Shown: piece after piece, positions 38,606 to 51,028 of the stretch
Layout: every line of letters starts with the position of its first letter
How positions within the stretch are numbered: the stretch's first letter is position 1
Source: Dehalococcoidia bacterium
GTDB taxonomy: Bacteria; Chloroflexota; Dehalococcoidia; GIF9; AB-539-J10
Length of the DNA stretch: 64,000 nucleotides
Direction: 5' to 3'
Assembly: GCA_040766535.1 (NCBI GenBank)
Contig: JAXGQG010000002.1
Coordinates: 64,521 to 128,520 of the forward strand
Made by a program: the position numbers and the translations under genes
The notes under the pieces: model-generated
What the model was told of the DNA's origin: nothing
Database searches by the model: none
Seen by the model: only the letters and a program-made list of their open reading frames with translations

Positions 38606-39975
38606 ATGATCAGTGTTGATGCCCTCAAGCGCATCGTTGGTGATGACTATGTCGTCACTCAGCGCGACCAGATCCAGGGCTACCTGGCGGATGAGACGTA
38701 CCTGGGCGTGCTGCCCAAACCGGCGGAGCACGTGGTGGTCGTCAAGCCCGCCAACCCTCAGGAGATCTCGGAGATACTCAAGCTGGCCAACCAGGAGAAG
38801 ACTCCCGTCTATCCGCGCGGCGGCGGCACGGGTCTTGTCGGCGCGGCCGTTCCCACGAAGGACGGCATCGTCCTCTCACTCGAGAGACTGGACAAGATCA
38901 TCGAGATCGACAAGGACAACATGATGGTGGTGGCCGAGGGCGGCGTGACCCTTGAACACCTGCTGAAGGAAGTCGAGACAGCCGACCTGCTCTTCCCACC
39001 GCACCCCGGCGACGAGGGCGCGCAGGTGGGCGGCATGATCGCCTGCAATGCGGGCGGCACGCGTGCCGTGAAGTACGGCGTGGTACGCAACTACGTCAAG
39101 GGACTCGAGGTTGTTCTGCCCACCGGCGAAATCGTCGAGATGGGCGGCAAGCTGCTCAAGAACAACACCGGCCTCGACCTGATGCACCTCATCATCGACT
39201 CCGAGGGCATCCTCGGCATCATCACCAAGGCCACGATGCGCCTGTACCCCAAGTTCGGCGCAACGGCGACCCTGGTCATCTCCTTTGACGACCGGCGCAA
39301 GGCCATCGGCATGGTTCCCAAGATCCTCCAGGCCGGCATCACCCCGCTGGCCATCGAGTACACGGAGAAGTCCTCATGGAGGAGACCGCGAAGCACGGCA
39401 ACATGACCTGGCCGGCGAAGCAGGGCACCGCGCAGATCATCGTCATCATGGCTGAGGCCAACGAGGACCAGCTCTACGGCATGTGCGAGCAGTTGTCCGG
39501 CATCGCCGAGCAGAACGGCGCAGTCGACGTCCTCATGGCGGAGACGAGTGCGGAGCAGTCGACCATTCTGAAGATCCGCAGCGAAGTGGGCAACGCGATG
39601 AAGTCCAAGATCTGCGATGCCCTCGATGTGACCGTGCCTCCAGCGGCCATACCTGACCTGCTGGACGCCATCGACAAGGTCGGCGAGAAGTACGGCATCT
39701 TCATCCCGGTGGTCGGCCATGCCGGCGACGGCAACGTGCACCCGAACATGTTCTGGGAGTACGACAAGAAAGGCCTGCTGGATGCCGCCAAGAAAGAGAT
39801 CTACGCGGCGACGGTCAAGCTGGGCGGCGTCATCAGCGGCGAGCACGGCATCGGCAAGACCAGGCTGCCCTATCTCAGCCTGGGCCTCGATCCGAAGTCG
39901 CGCGAACTGAAGCTCGGCGTTAAGAAGCTGTTCGACCCCAACAACATCATCAACCCGGACTGCGTGATTGTGTAG
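38606..39975 (+). pseudogene. FAD-linked oxidase (GlcD / D-lactate dehydrogenase family), one frameshift near 39372
   Basis: FAD_binding_4 blocks: VVKPANPQEISEILKLANQEKTPVYPRGGGTGLVG, NAGGTRAVKYG. The C-terminal half (HAGDGNVHPN...GEHGIGKTR) lies in ORF 39376..39975. The junction reads AIEYTEKS / LMEETAKHG. Confidence 0.8.
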
Positions 39976-40013
39976 CGGCAGACAACGTACCGCGGTAGCA
40001 CGTCAAGAAGAAA

Positions 40014-40042
40014 GGGGGAGGCGCGAAGCCTCCCCCCTTTTT
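40014..40042. terminator. Bidirectional rho-independent terminator between convergent genes
   Basis: GGGGGAGGC-GCGAA-GCCTCCCCC followed by TTTTT, and preceded by AAGAAA for the opposite strand. Confidence 0.7.
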
Positions 40043-40056
40043 GTCGCCGAAACAGG

Positions 40057-41169
40057 TCACCAGGATATCCGGTCCAGACCGGCAGCTTCGCGCAGCATGT
40101 TGATGAAGCGGCGGTACATGTCGAAGGGCACGTCGGGCGGAACCAGGTGGTCCAGCGACGGGAAGTAACCTCCCGATTGGAGCAGGAAGGGGACCTTGGC
40201 CATCACCTCGTCGCGCAGCACCTGCTCGTTCTTGAGGAAGGCACGCTTATCGATGTTTCCGGCCAGGATTATGTCCTTTCCGTACTGCTTCCTCAGCGCG
40301 ACGGCATCGTTCCCGGCGGCCACCTCCAGCGGCCAGAAGCCGTTGATGCCCGATTCCAGCCAGAGGGGAATCAGCGCGTTGAGATTGCCATCGCTGTCGA
40401 CGAAGATGGCGTTGATGCCTGCATCGTGCAGCAGCTCGGTCACCCGCTTGTAGCGCGGCACCATGAAGCGCTTGAACATCTTCGGCGAGATAAGTGGGCC
40501 GGTCTTGAAGCACATGTCCTCCCAGAACATGGCGCAGTCGACCTTCACTTCGGCGAGGACCTTCTTCACCACCTCGAGTTGCAGCAGGGTCATCTGCTCA
40601 AGCATGTCCTCGAACAGGGCGGGGTCGTCGTATACCAGATACAGCACCCGCTCCACACCCATCCACTCCCGGACGTAGCCGAAGAGGCCGCCCACGTTGA
40701 GCATCACCGGTTCTTCCCTGGCGTTCATGCGTTCGACAAAGATGGGCCAGTCCTCCGGCCAGCGCTCCGGCGTGGCCGGGTCCAGCCGCTTCCGGTACTC
40801 TTCCCAGGTGGCTCTATCCTTCACCGGGAAGTCCAGGTACATGGGCATCTTCTCCGGGTGTCTCTTCGAGGCGCGCAGCTTCTGCCCGCCCGCATTGACG
40901 ATGACCGCGTACTCGTCATCCTCTTCGATGATGGCAGTGTCATACTCCGGCACTACGGGAGGGATGCCGTAGACATAGGGCGCACCGTGGACATCGATGA
41001 CCTTGTCCATGAACATGCCGAGCTTGATCTCGCGAATCATGCGGATGTGATCGAGGTGGAAGTACTCTCCACGGAAACGAGCCCTCCTGATATCCGGGGG
41101 CGCGCCCTGGGAAACCCACGCGTCGAGCGTCTCGGTCCAGAAATCGTGAAAGTAGGGCGTTATCAGCAT
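40057..41169 (-). CDS. Uroporphyrinogen decarboxylase (URO-D) family protein
   Basis: 370-aa ORF with URO-D/MtaA-like C-terminal blocks: FWEDMCFKTGPLISP, NAIFVDSDGN, GINGFWPLEVAAGND. The upstream in-frame peptide ARQRFRDICSFERIGDL looks like a conserved N-terminus but is cut off from an ATG by a frame change, so the 5' end is uncertain. Confidence 0.7.
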   Translation of the reverse strand: MLITPYFHDFWTETLDAWVSQGAPPDIRRARFRGEYFHLDHIRMIREIKLGMFMDKVIDVHGAPYVYGIPPVVPEYDTAIIEEDDEYAVIVNAGGQKLRASKRHPEKMPMYLDFPVKDRATWEEYRKRLDPATPERWPEDWPIFVERMNAREEPVMLNVGGLFGYVREWMGVERVLYLVYDDPALFEDMLEQMTLLQLEVVKKVLAEVKVDCAMFWEDMCFKTGPLISPKMFKRFMVPRYKRVTELLHDAGINAIFVDSDGNLNALIPLWLESGINGFWPLEVAAGNDAVALRKQYGKDIILAGNIDKRAFLKNEQVLRDEVMAKVPFLLQSGGYFPSLDHLVPPDVPFDMYRRFINMLREAAGLDRISW

Positions 41170-41455
41170 CAGGTCGCCGATACGCTCAAACGAGCAGATA
41201 TCCCGAAACCGTTGTCGTGCGCTTCCAGGTCATGCCTGCCTCCTCTCGTGCCAGGTGCGTGCCCCATTATAGAGAATGCACCGTCCCCAACAACACCTCT
41301 ACGTCGGACACGATGTCCGCATGTGCTGTATCGCGAGAAGACTGGTGAGGGAACAGTCGCCCCATTCGCCCCAGCACCAGTCCTTGCCCGCATCAACCAG
41401 TGCGTAATGAGAATCGTTTGTGTAATAGACAGACAATCACTATGATTGCAGCACA

Positions 41456-42542
41456 ATGAGCGACATATTTGAACTCCTGCGCCTCGCCAAGCGGCGCGAA
41501 GCCTCGGACCTCCACCTCGTCGTCGGGTCGCCCCTGATGGCACGCGCATCGACGGCGCACTGCAGGTCCTTGATGGTTACGGCGAGCTGACACCGGAGGA
41601 CGTCCACAGCGCTGATCAAGATGACGTCCTCGGACCAGCAAGCGGAAGCTCGCCACCAATCTGGAACTTGACTTCGGCATGCAGTTGCCCGAGGTGGGAC
41701 GCCTGCGCCGCAACGCGGCGCGGCAGCGGGGGCACATCAGCTTCGCCATCCGGCTGCTGCCGGTGGAGATACCGACCATCGATGGTCTCGAACTGCCGGA
41801 GGTCTACAAAGAGCTTGCGATGAAGCAGCACGGACTGGTCATCGCCTCCGGTCCCACGGGAAGCGGCAAGTCCACCTCTCTGGCCACCATTGTCAACCAC
41901 ATCAACCACCACCGGACCTGCCACGTAGTGACCATCGAGGACCCCATCGAGTACACGCACACCAACATCAAGTCGGCCATCACCCAGCGCCAACTGGGAA
42001 CCGATACGCTCTCATTCGCTACCGCGCTGAAACACGTGCTGCGGCAGGACCCCGACGTGATCCTGGTGGGCGAGATGCGCGACCTGGAGACGGCGCAGGC
42101 GGCCATCACCGTGGCGGAGACAGGGCACCTCGTGCTGACCACCGGCCATGCCACCGGCGCCCCCGAGGCCATCGACCGCGTGGTGGGACTCTTCCCACCG
42201 GCGCAGCGTTACCTGGCGCAGATACGGCTTGCGGCCACGCTCATCGCGGTGCTCGGCCAGACGCTCATCCCCAGGGCCAGCGGCACGGGCCGGGTGGCGG
42301 CAGTGGAGATCATGCTGGGCAACTCAGCGGTGAAGAATCTGGTGCGCGAGGGCAAGATCCACCAGTTGCACAACGTGATCCGGACCAGTTCCCGCCTGGG
42401 CATGATGACCATGGACCAGTCCCTGGCCAAGCTCTACGTCCAGGGCATCATCAGCGCGGAGACGCTGCTGACCTACGCCCAGAACCGCGACGAGGTCGAG
42501 GAGATCGCGGGCACCAGGCTGGGAAGAGTGGCGTCGTACTGA
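41456..42542 (+). pseudogene. pilT: Type IV pilus retraction ATPase (PilT-like), two N-terminal frameshifts
   Basis: MSDIFELLRLAKRREASDLHLVVGSPLM starts at ATG 41456, with frame changes near 41545 and 41640. ORF 41679..42542 carries Walker A (SGPTGSGKSTS), IEDPIEY, Walker B (VILVGEMRD) and the His box (TGHLVLTTGHA). Confidence 0.75.
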
Positions 42543-42602
42543 CGGGGCGAGCTCAAGTCGCGGCTGCTCACTCAAGCTACGGATCATTCGAGCAGTCCAG
42601 AT

Positions 42603-43943
42603 TCAGGTTGCTGACGCAACTTCACCCCTCCCTACACCGTAGTACCGAATCCCGGCTTGCGCCACCTCGGAGGGTTCAAACAGGTTGCGGCCATCGACCA
42701 CGATCGGCTGGCCCAGTTTCGACTTCAGCCAGCGGAAATCGACTGCCCGGAATTCACTCCATTCAGTACAGATGACCAGCGCGTCGGCTCCCATCACCGC
42801 CTCTTCTCGAGTGGCGCACAGGTGCAAGTCGCCACGAGTCTCGTAGATACGCTCGGCTTCCTGCATCGCCGCAGGGTCGTACGCCTGTACGCGTGCCCCT
42901 GCAGTCCACAAGGCTTCGAGCAATTGCTTGCTGGGAGCCTCACGCATGTCGTTCGTATTCGCCTTAAAGGCTAGACCCCAGACCGCGATCACCTTGCCCT
43001 CAAGCTGTCCGTTGAGTGCATGGTTCAACTTCTCGAACAGAACGCCCTTCTGTCTCTGATTGACAGACTCAACTGCCCGCAGAATGGGGGCATCGTACTC
43101 GACCCGCCTCGCGGTGTGAATGAGTGCTCGCAAGTCCTTGGGCAGACAGGAGCCACCAAAACCACATCCAGGGTAGAGAAAGTCATAGCCGATTCGCGAA
43201 TCGGAGCCGATGCCCCTCCGCACCTGCTCGATGTCTGCTCCGAGACGCTCTGCAAGTCCGGCCAACTCATTCATCAGACTGATGCGTGCCGCCAGCATGG
43301 CGTTCGCGGCATACTTGGTCAACTCCGCCGAGCGCACATCCATAAACAGCAGTTTGTCGCGTTTCCGGTTGTACGGTGCATAGCACTCGCGCATCAGTTC
43401 GCGAACGTGCCTCAGAATCAGTGCCCACAACTATCCGCTCCGCCTTGGTGAAATCATCGATAGCCCTGCCTTCACGCAGGAACTCCGGGTTGGAGCAGAT
43501 ATCGAAGGACACTTCAAGCCCGCGCTGCCGGAGAAGGTCTGCTATCATGGCATGAACCGTGTCAGCCGTTCCCACGGGAACGGTGGATTTGTTCACCACC
43601 AGCTTGTACTCCGACATGTGCCGCCCGATGGTGCCCGCGACATTCATCACGTGACTGACATCCGCGGCGCCGCTGGTCAGATGGGGTACCCACCGCAAGA
43701 ACAGTAGCTGCCCGAATTCCACCCCCCCTCATGGGTGTCAGCGGACAGCCGCAATCGGCCAGCGGCAAAGTTTCTCCCAACCATCGAACCGAGCCCTGGC
43801 TCAACAACGGGGATACGGCCGTTGTTCAGGCCTACAATCCTCGATTCGTCCACGTCAACCGCGAACACGTGGTGACCCGCATCCGCAAGGCAGGCTGCCG
43901 CCACAAGTCCAACGTAGCCCGTACCGAAGACCGATATCCTCAT
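42603..43943 (-). pseudogene. ugd: UDP-glucose 6-dehydrogenase, two frameshifts
   Basis: MRISVFGTGYVGLVAAACLADAGHHV (ORF 43677..43943), then the middle part in ORF 43267..43722 (NPEFLREGRAIDDF). The C-terminal part is in ORF 42603..43430 (GFGGSCLPKD, GLAFKANTNDMREAP). Confidence 0.8.
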
Positions 43944-44016
43944 TCATTTCCTCCGTGTTGTTCAGCTACCCTGCATGCCTGCCCAGTTGTCTCAGGATCC
44001 ACGTCTTGCAGAGAGA

Positions 44017-45735
44017 TCAGTCTCTTATCAAGGCCCAGTCCTCCGCAGAGTAGAAAGTGCGCTCAGAAGGAGACTCTCGCGCCATAGAGTACTCGCGGTC
44101 CGTCTCTTTGGCCACCAGGTACAGGCCAGACCGTACCTCCTGCCCGAGCAGCACAACTCCAGAGGCATCGCTCAATCCATCAATGGTGTAAGTGAGGAGC
44201 GGCCCGTCACAATCTTCAAGCCAGTCGGCCATTCGCATCCTTTGGTACTCGTAATCGTACAGGTAGAACAAGTAGAGGTTGAAGCGATGCTGGTGAAAGA
44301 GGTTCCCGCGTTCAGGCAAGTCAGGATTGAAGCCAACACAGGAACCACGCTCGAAGTTGGCTCTCACGGCGTGAAGCAGGCCCGTAGGCTGACTATAGCC
44401 ACGGAACAGCTCTTCGTGAGAGTTGATCGCATTCAACGTCGACAGCACCGACATGCAGATGAGGAGAGCAAGTGCTCCGCTCTTGCCCACAGGCCCCTGT
44501 CCGGCTGCCATGAGAAACAGGAATACTCCGAGTCCGCCGATCATCATCCAGATGAGGTAGCTGGCTGCGGGAACAAGATACTGAGGCCAGAAGGAAATGG
44601 TATTGACGACTTTGTTGCTGGCTCCGGGGTCCGCAACCGAAACCAGCACCACGCCAACTAGAACCAGCGTACCCACCGTGACAAGAGCCAGTCGGCACCG
44701 AAAGCCCCCAAGACAACCGATGGCGAGGAGCGGCAAGAGCACTCCCTCCGCATAACGTGCATAGATCCAGTGGTCGATACGAGTGCGTCCACCTGCCGAA
44801 AAGGCAGCGCTGCCCAGCAGAATGACCGCAAGAAGCGCCAGCACGACAAACAGGTACATGAACCCCCTGGCATCCCATCGTTCAGTCATGCCGGAAGCCC
44901 CGCACGAGATGTCTCCTCTTGCATGACGAGCCGCTTCAACGAATCCAACAACCACGAGCCCCAGACTACTCACTGTCAGGCACGCTATCTGCCCGAGGGC
45001 ACCTGCCAATGCTTCCAACCAGAACGTGCCCCTCGTCAGGTAAGAGAGCATCTCCACATACGACGGATAGTGCTCCTGCGTGGGGAAGCCAGGCGCTGTT
45101 CCCACCTCGAGCAGCCACTGATGCACACCCTCTCCGTACGACAGAATCAGCAGGAACACCACAGCGATATGCAGCGCGAGGACACCGAGCAGTCGTCGCC
45201 TCGCACACAGAACTCCCAATGCAATCGTGGCGGCCACCACTATGCCAAGGCCAGTGGGATGGACCCAGTACAAGAACCCGACCGCCAGGCTGTAAGGAAG
45301 GACCGACCAGATGCGCCTTAGATCAACGTAGAGTGCAGCAAGCACGGACACCAGTAACACCAGAACAATGGCCGTGGTAGCAAACGCATAGCCACTCATC
45401 GCCAGCCATGTGGGGTAGAGCATCGCGACCACAACGGCCGCGATGCGGTGCGGCGATGGCCGCTCAGGCAGGACACGATCTAGAATGCGCAGCAACAGCA
45501 CGGCAGAACCGGCCCACATTGCCGCATTCAGCACAATTACGGCCCGCCAGGTTGTCATTGGCTCAGGTGAGAACCTGAACAAAGGCGCCATCAGCAGCGA
45601 GTAACCCGCGTGGTAGCTGCTTGCCCCGTCGATGGGGTACCCGGCAAGGAGTGCCGCGTGCGCCAGGTAGCCAATCTCGTCGTTCATGAAGGTGGGGCCG
45701 GTGGGATCGCTGCTGACCAACCAGAAATTCTTCAC
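44017..45735 (-). CDS. Large polytopic membrane protein, putative GT-C-fold glycosyltransferase with C-terminal soluble domain (paralog 1)
   Basis: 572-aa ORF with more than 10 hydrophobic segments. A DE-containing first loop (FMNDEIGYLAHAALLAG) resembles ArnT/PMT-type GT-C enzymes. The first TM helix (EWILAATVFC) appears in another frame just upstream (ORF 45563..45844), so the 5' end may be frameshifted. Confidence 0.65.
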   Translation of the reverse strand: MKNFWLVSSDPTGPTFMNDEIGYLAHAALLAGYPIDGASSYHAGYSLLMAPLFRFSPEPMTTWRAVIVLNAAMWAGSAVLLLRILDRVLPERPSPHRIAAVVVAMLYPTWLAMSGYAFATTAIVLVLLVSVLAALYVDLRRIWSVLPYSLAVGFLYWVHPTGLGIVVAATIALGVLCARRRLLGVLALHIAVVFLLILSYGEGVHQWLLEVGTAPGFPTQEHYPSYVEMLSYLTRGTFWLEALAGALGQIACLTVSSLGLVVVGFVEAARHARGDISCGASGMTERWDARGFMYLFVVLALLAVILLGSAAFSAGGRTRIDHWIYARYAEGVLLPLLAIGCLGGFRCRLALVTVGTLVLVGVVLVSVADPGASNKVVNTISFWPQYLVPAASYLIWMMIGGLGVFLFLMAAGQGPVGKSGALALLICMSVLSTLNAINSHEELFRGYSQPTGLLHAVRANFERGSCVGFNPDLPERGNLFHQHRFNLYLFYLYDYEYQRMRMADWLEDCDGPLLTYTIDGLSDASGVVLLGQEVRSGLYLVAKETDREYSMARESPSERTFYSAEDWALIRD

Positions 45736-46274
45736 AGAAGACCGTGGCAGCGAGAATCCATTCGGGCTTCACACGAACGGCATCGATCGCTGGTCTTGGC
45801 CTGTCACTCATTGCGTCCATCGGACCCTCTGAGATGCATCCCAATCATCCGAAGACCGAGCCGCCGGCAGGAACTAGATGATAACCAGCCAAGCGGACAT
45901 CGTCGCCTGACCCACATACACTTTGATCTCAAGATGCACCACATCATGCAGCAGGGATGTGTCCCACGAAAGCACTTCGATCTCAGAAACCGGATGTCGA
46001 CGAAATGGCGAAACGCGCGTGCTCAATCTCATTAAGACCAGACGTAACGACGACCCACGCCTCACTAACCACGGAGCGACTCCTGACACAGTCAACTCGT
46101 ATTCGCCGCGTGATTCAGTGTTACTTGGGCTGTAGACCAGCAGCCCTCTTTGCCGGTTGACACCATTCGGGCGTCTTCAAACTTGCCTACCTGAGACGAC
46201 AACCTACTCAGCTCCTCTCCCCATCGGTATACGTCTTGTTTCAGGACCATCCCACCGCAGGATAGAACGCATGC

Positions 46275-48033
46275 TCAGTTGGGTCTTCGCAGGAATCTGG
46301 AAGCCTTCTGCTCTCTCTTGGCAACCAAGGCGCACAACCCCGACCGCACCTCCTGTCCAAGCAGAACCACTCCGGACCTGACCCGCAGGTCATCTATGCT
46401 ATACGTGAAAAGCGGCCCGTCGCAGTTACTCAGCCAATCCACAACATGCATCCTGCCATATTCATAGTCGTAGTAGAACAAGTGCAGTTGGAATCGTTGT
46501 TCCTGGTAGAGCACTGCATCGACAGGCATCTCAGGATCGAATCCAACACAAGAACCAGAGCGAAACTCGCACGGACGGTATCCACCAGTCCGGTGGGGCG
46601 TTCATGTCCCACTTGTACTGGTGCCACCGAGTACACGCACATTTGACAAACACTGCGACACTGAATAGCATTAGCAGCGCTACGCACTTGCCTGCTCTCC
46701 TTCACATCGCGCCACGTTGAACAGAAAAGACTTGGTCGCCCTCTGCAGAGACATCTGGCTACAGCAGGAAGTGTGGTCGCTCAACGATGTACTGTGGCCA
46801 GAAAGAGGTCGCACTGTTATTCATCGCACTGTAGCCCAAGGGATTGGCGGCTACCGTGAGCAGTACACCCACCGCGACAGTCCCTGCCGCCAGCATCTGC
46901 AGCCATTTGCGTTCGACTCGAGCCAGAAGACCAAACGCCAAGAACGGCAGTAGCACTCCCTCGGCATACCGACCGTAGATCCAGTGGTCTACCCGAAACC
47001 GCCCACCTGCCGAAAACGAGGCGCTGCCCATGAGGATGACCCCCACCAGGCACAGAAGAAGAAGGTGATAGACATACGCTGGTACCGCAGTTCGCGAGAC
47101 ACCATCTGGTGTGGTCAGCCGACGATCCTCCCGTACCAGACGGATGAATGCAGAGACGCCGAGAACTGCCAGTCCAAGACTACTGACGGTGAGACACGCC
47201 GCCTGCCCCAGGGCGCCGACCGCAGTGTCAGCCCAGAGCTTGGGCTCACCTAACCCAGAGAGCGCGTCGGCGTATGAAAGATAGTGCTCCTGAACAGCAA
47301 AACCAAGAGGAGTCGCTGTGACTCGCAGCCATGGGTGCAGCAGCTCGGTGTAGGCCGCGATGAGCACTGCCACGAGCACAAGGTGGATGGCCAGAGCGGC
47401 GAACTGTCTTCTTGGAAAGCTCACAATGCCAAGCGCCAGCATCGAGGCAATAGCCACAGCCAGTCCAGTCGGGTGAACCCAGTACAGAAAGCCTGTGGCA
47501 AGAGAATGAGGTATGATGGTCCACGGCTGCCTCAAATCCACATGCAGGGCGAACGTCACAGAGAGCATGAACACAAAGACGATAGCAGTGGTTGAGTACG
47601 CGTATCCGGACATGGTCAACCATGTCGGATAGAGGGCGGCTACCGCCACGGCAACAAGACGTTCTGAGGCAGTGCGGTTAGGACAGAGGCTGGCCACAAC
47701 CCGCAGCAACAGGATAGTTGTGCCTCCCCACATCAGGGCGTTCAACACCATCACGCCCTGCCATATCTGGGCGGTATCCGAGAAGATCCTGAACAGCGGC
47801 GCAAGAAGCAGCGAATAGCCCGCGTGCCAACTGCTCGCACCATCGATACTATAGCCCGCCAACAGGGCAGCGTGCCCCAGATAGCCAATTTCGTCGCTCA
47901 GATACGCTGGACCTGCGTACCTCCTGCTAACCAGCCAGAACACGCAGAATACGACGACTACCATAAGCCGTTCAGGACACGCCTTTCCCTGTGTGCAGCA
48001 CGCCCACAGACCGGCTGCTCTCTTACGTATCAT
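46275..48033 (-). pseudogene. Tandem paralog 2 of the GT-C-like membrane protein, C-terminal third disrupted
   Basis: ORF 46759..48033 is colinear with paralog 1 (SDEIGYLGHAALLAGYSIDGASSWHAGYSLLLAPLF...). The remaining C-terminal region is split over ORFs 46430..46705 and 46275..46529 (QRFQLHLFYYDYEYGRMHVVDWLSNCDGPLFTYSIDDL...). Confidence 0.7.
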
Positions 48034-48084
48034 TGCTGGCTCTCGCCCCCATGGCGCTGGTCATCCTTTCATCACCAAAGACCA

Positions 48085-49056
48085 TCATGACAGACTGCGT
48101 ACCGCCTCGCGTTTGTCCACGAGGCGTCTGACTACCATTCCAGCCAAGAAGGCGACGAGATCACCCAGCGTGGTGGCGATTCTCAATGTGAAGGCCAGTC
48201 CTACGGCCACACCTGACCCTACCACGGGAGGCAACAACAACACCATCATTGCCTCACGCACTCCAACACCACCCGGAGCACCCGGTGTCAAGTATCCAGC
48301 GACCCACGCTACGGCGAACAAACACGTGAGTTGCAGCAGGTCCACATTTGCGACACCGAAGTACCATTGGGCCTGTATCTTCAATATGATGCCGGTGAGC
48401 AAGAAGCAGACAAGAAGCATCGTCGTGACAAGCACCGCAGTACGAGGTCGTGGCTCGGGTATGGTCCTGCCTTGACACGCACGCCTAATGATTTCCGGAA
48501 ACAGGTCTTTGCGAACCTGAGGCGGCCCAAGGAGCAACCATGGCCAAGGTCATAAGCAAGGCCATTCCGGCTGGACCGACAGAAGCCAACCAACCCAAGG
48601 ATGATCCGCTGGGCGAACCGCACCAATGCTGCCAGACTCAGCGCCGCGGCCGCTGCAACAATCCACAGGGACTCTATAATCATAGTGCTGACAGTAACCG
48701 CAATCGGTATGCCAATCATACGAGCTAAGGATAACGCGGCCGGCATATTGTCCAACATTGCCGGGCAGGTATTTTCCAAACTGGGCAACGGCAAATACGG
48801 CCACTGCCCGCATGCAGTCGGTTGAGATGCTGCTGTCCTTCACCAAGCGGCACCAAACCCATCCCACTATCGCAGTGCCAAGGACTACTAGCGTGATCGA
48901 GACTGCGCCGACAGCCACAGACATCCAGTCCCAATCAATGACGGGGACGTGTCTGAAGTTACGTATGGCATACCCAATGTAGAACCCGAGCGACAAGAGC
49001 ACTATTGCACCTCCGACTATCCTCTTGACGCGGATTCCAGCAATGGATTCTGTCAA
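48085..49056 (-). pseudogene. Flippase-like membrane protein (UPF0104 / LPG_synthase_TM family), at least 2 frameshifts
   Basis: Split over ORFs 48550..49131, 48381..48794 and 48085..48537. The last carries the family motif GYLTPGAPGGVGVREAMMVLLL. A candidate TTG start at 49056 overlaps the GT4 stop (TTGA). Confidence 0.6.
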
Positions 49057-50249
49057 AGTCCAGTCCTCACAGACCCAGCAACATCGTCCAGCCCACCAGA
49101 GTCCAGTACTGTGGACGCCAGTCCCTTCCACGATAATCGCGCTCTTGCCGCCTCAATGGCTCCAGAGTCGAAGTGCACCTCTCCAGCTAGAATCCTCCCC
49201 AATGGCGCAGGCGAGTTCCTCGCTGGAACCAGGATTGACCAGAACACCTGTGACGCCCTCTTCGATCACTTCCGGCAATCCTCCAACCCGTGTCGAAATC
49301 ACCGGTCTTCCGTAATGATAAGCGAGTGCCAATACTCCGCTCCCGGCTGCAGAAAGGTAAGGCAGCACCACGACGTCGCAACGCGCAAAGTACGAGGCAG
49401 CCTCCTGCATACTCACGTAGCGGGGCAGGATTTCGACCTGACGTTGGAGTCCAGCATTGTCAACATACGATGCCACCTCACCCACCCCCTTCCAGAACTC
49501 GCCAACAATCGACAAATGCACATCTTGACCCTTGAGATGGCACATCGCAGCCAGCACGTCCAGTCCTTTGTACGGCCTGACGAATCCGAAGAACAGCAGT
49601 TCCAGGCGCGATTGTCGGCAACGGTACTGCGGAGCAGGGAATTGATCGTAGACGGGATGAGGATGAACGGCGACGTGTGCCGAGGGATAAGCCTGAGCAA
49701 CCTGTCCCTGTCGGCACTGGTGTATGCGTCTACAAAACGATCCGCTGCAGAAAGGGCTCGCATGCTCAACATGCGTTTCCACAGAGCGTCTTCGTGTTCA
49801 ATAACGTTGTGACACAGGAATACGACTTCCACATCTTTGGCCTCAACTGGTTGGCAAGCCACGAGAAGGCAGATTGCCCAATACGCGTTCCACCATGGAA
49901 ATACAACGATAGAGGGAGAGAAGGCACGAGCGCATGAAAGCGCGTTGCGCCATGTCAACGGATTGACGGAGTCTATGACATATGTGACGCCCGGTTCGGG
50001 AAGTAACCTTCGAGACCTCCCTCTTTGTCTCCGACACCAGGATACAGCCAGCCAGGTACTGTCTGACAACGAGAGGGTCATGCAACTCGCCTGTGCACGA
50101 AAAGTACGATGAAGCATAGTCGTGTGGTGCGCAATGCCGCCACGATACGGCAACACCGGACCAATAATTACGATTCTCTTCGATTCTGAGCGAGTGTCAG
50201 AAGACTCAGTACTGACGCCGTCAGACCGTTCCCAAGAACTCACCATCAT
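49053..50249 (-). pseudogene. Glycosyltransferase family 4 (GT-B fold), several frameshifts
   Basis: N-terminal KRIVIIGPVLPYRGGIAHH lies in ORF 49413..50285. The C-terminal GT1/GT4 block LLFFGFVRPYKGLDVL...VVLPYLSAAGSGVLALAYHYGRPVISTRVGGLPEVIEEGVTGVLV lies in ORF 49153..49782. The tail is in ORF 49053..49247. The start is uncertain. Confidence 0.6.
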
Positions 50250-50382
50250 GAGCACCCCCAACCAATTGACATCGGAGAGCGTCACGATACGCTTGTCTTT
50301 GCGTCTTCGACGTCAATCTAATCAGATGCGGTGTCCGTGCATGCTACGAACTGCGCCTCTACATCAAGCGGATCGCCAGTCA

Positions 50383-51028
50383 TCAGGATGCCACCTTCAC
50401 ATGGTCCGGATGGTGGTTGGCGAGCCAATGGCTGACACCCCTGCCGCCAGCCAGCAAGCCTTTGTGTTGCGGAGACTTCTCAAACACAAACAACTGGTTG
50501 GCACCCAGAAGAAAGCGGCGATAATTCACGAGACTCAAACCGACAACATTTCCTGCCTTTCTCTACAGTCGCACGGTCCAACAAGCCTACGTGTTCTTCG
50601 CTGGCACTTCTGGCAAAGAGCCCGGATTCTCGCGCCCACCACGTACGCGCTTTGATAGGCGGGGTGAGGAGTTGTAATGACAAGGTGCGCTTCTGCGGAG
50701 TCGTTTAGGTACCCGGCGAGACGACCAACAAAGCCGCTGGCGGGCTCCCCACGTGTTCAAGTACAGCCAACAAGACAACCGTTTCGAAGTGCTCGCCATC
50801 GTCTACGGACGACAAGAATCTGTGCATCGGAGATAATGCTCGTGCCTTCTCAAGCACTGCCCGGTCGGGCTCGACTCCGAGGTACCGCGACGCAGGGAAA
50901 TGCCGGGCAAGTAGCCCGACTCCACAACCATAATCCAAGACTCGTCCAGTGAGATAAGGAATCACTTCCTTGAATCTCCGAACCCGAAGCAGGGTGGTGA
51001 AGACTCCTTCAGACCTGTACTCAGGCAT
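50383..51028 (-). pseudogene. Class I SAM-dependent methyltransferase, frameshifted
   Basis: GRVLDYGCGVGLLARHF (motif I) and FETVVLLAVLEHV lie in ORF 50705..51115. Downstream parts (SEEHVGLL...; AGNVVGLSLVNYRRFLLGANQLFVFEK) are in two other frames. The start overlaps the GT2 stop. Confidence 0.55.
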
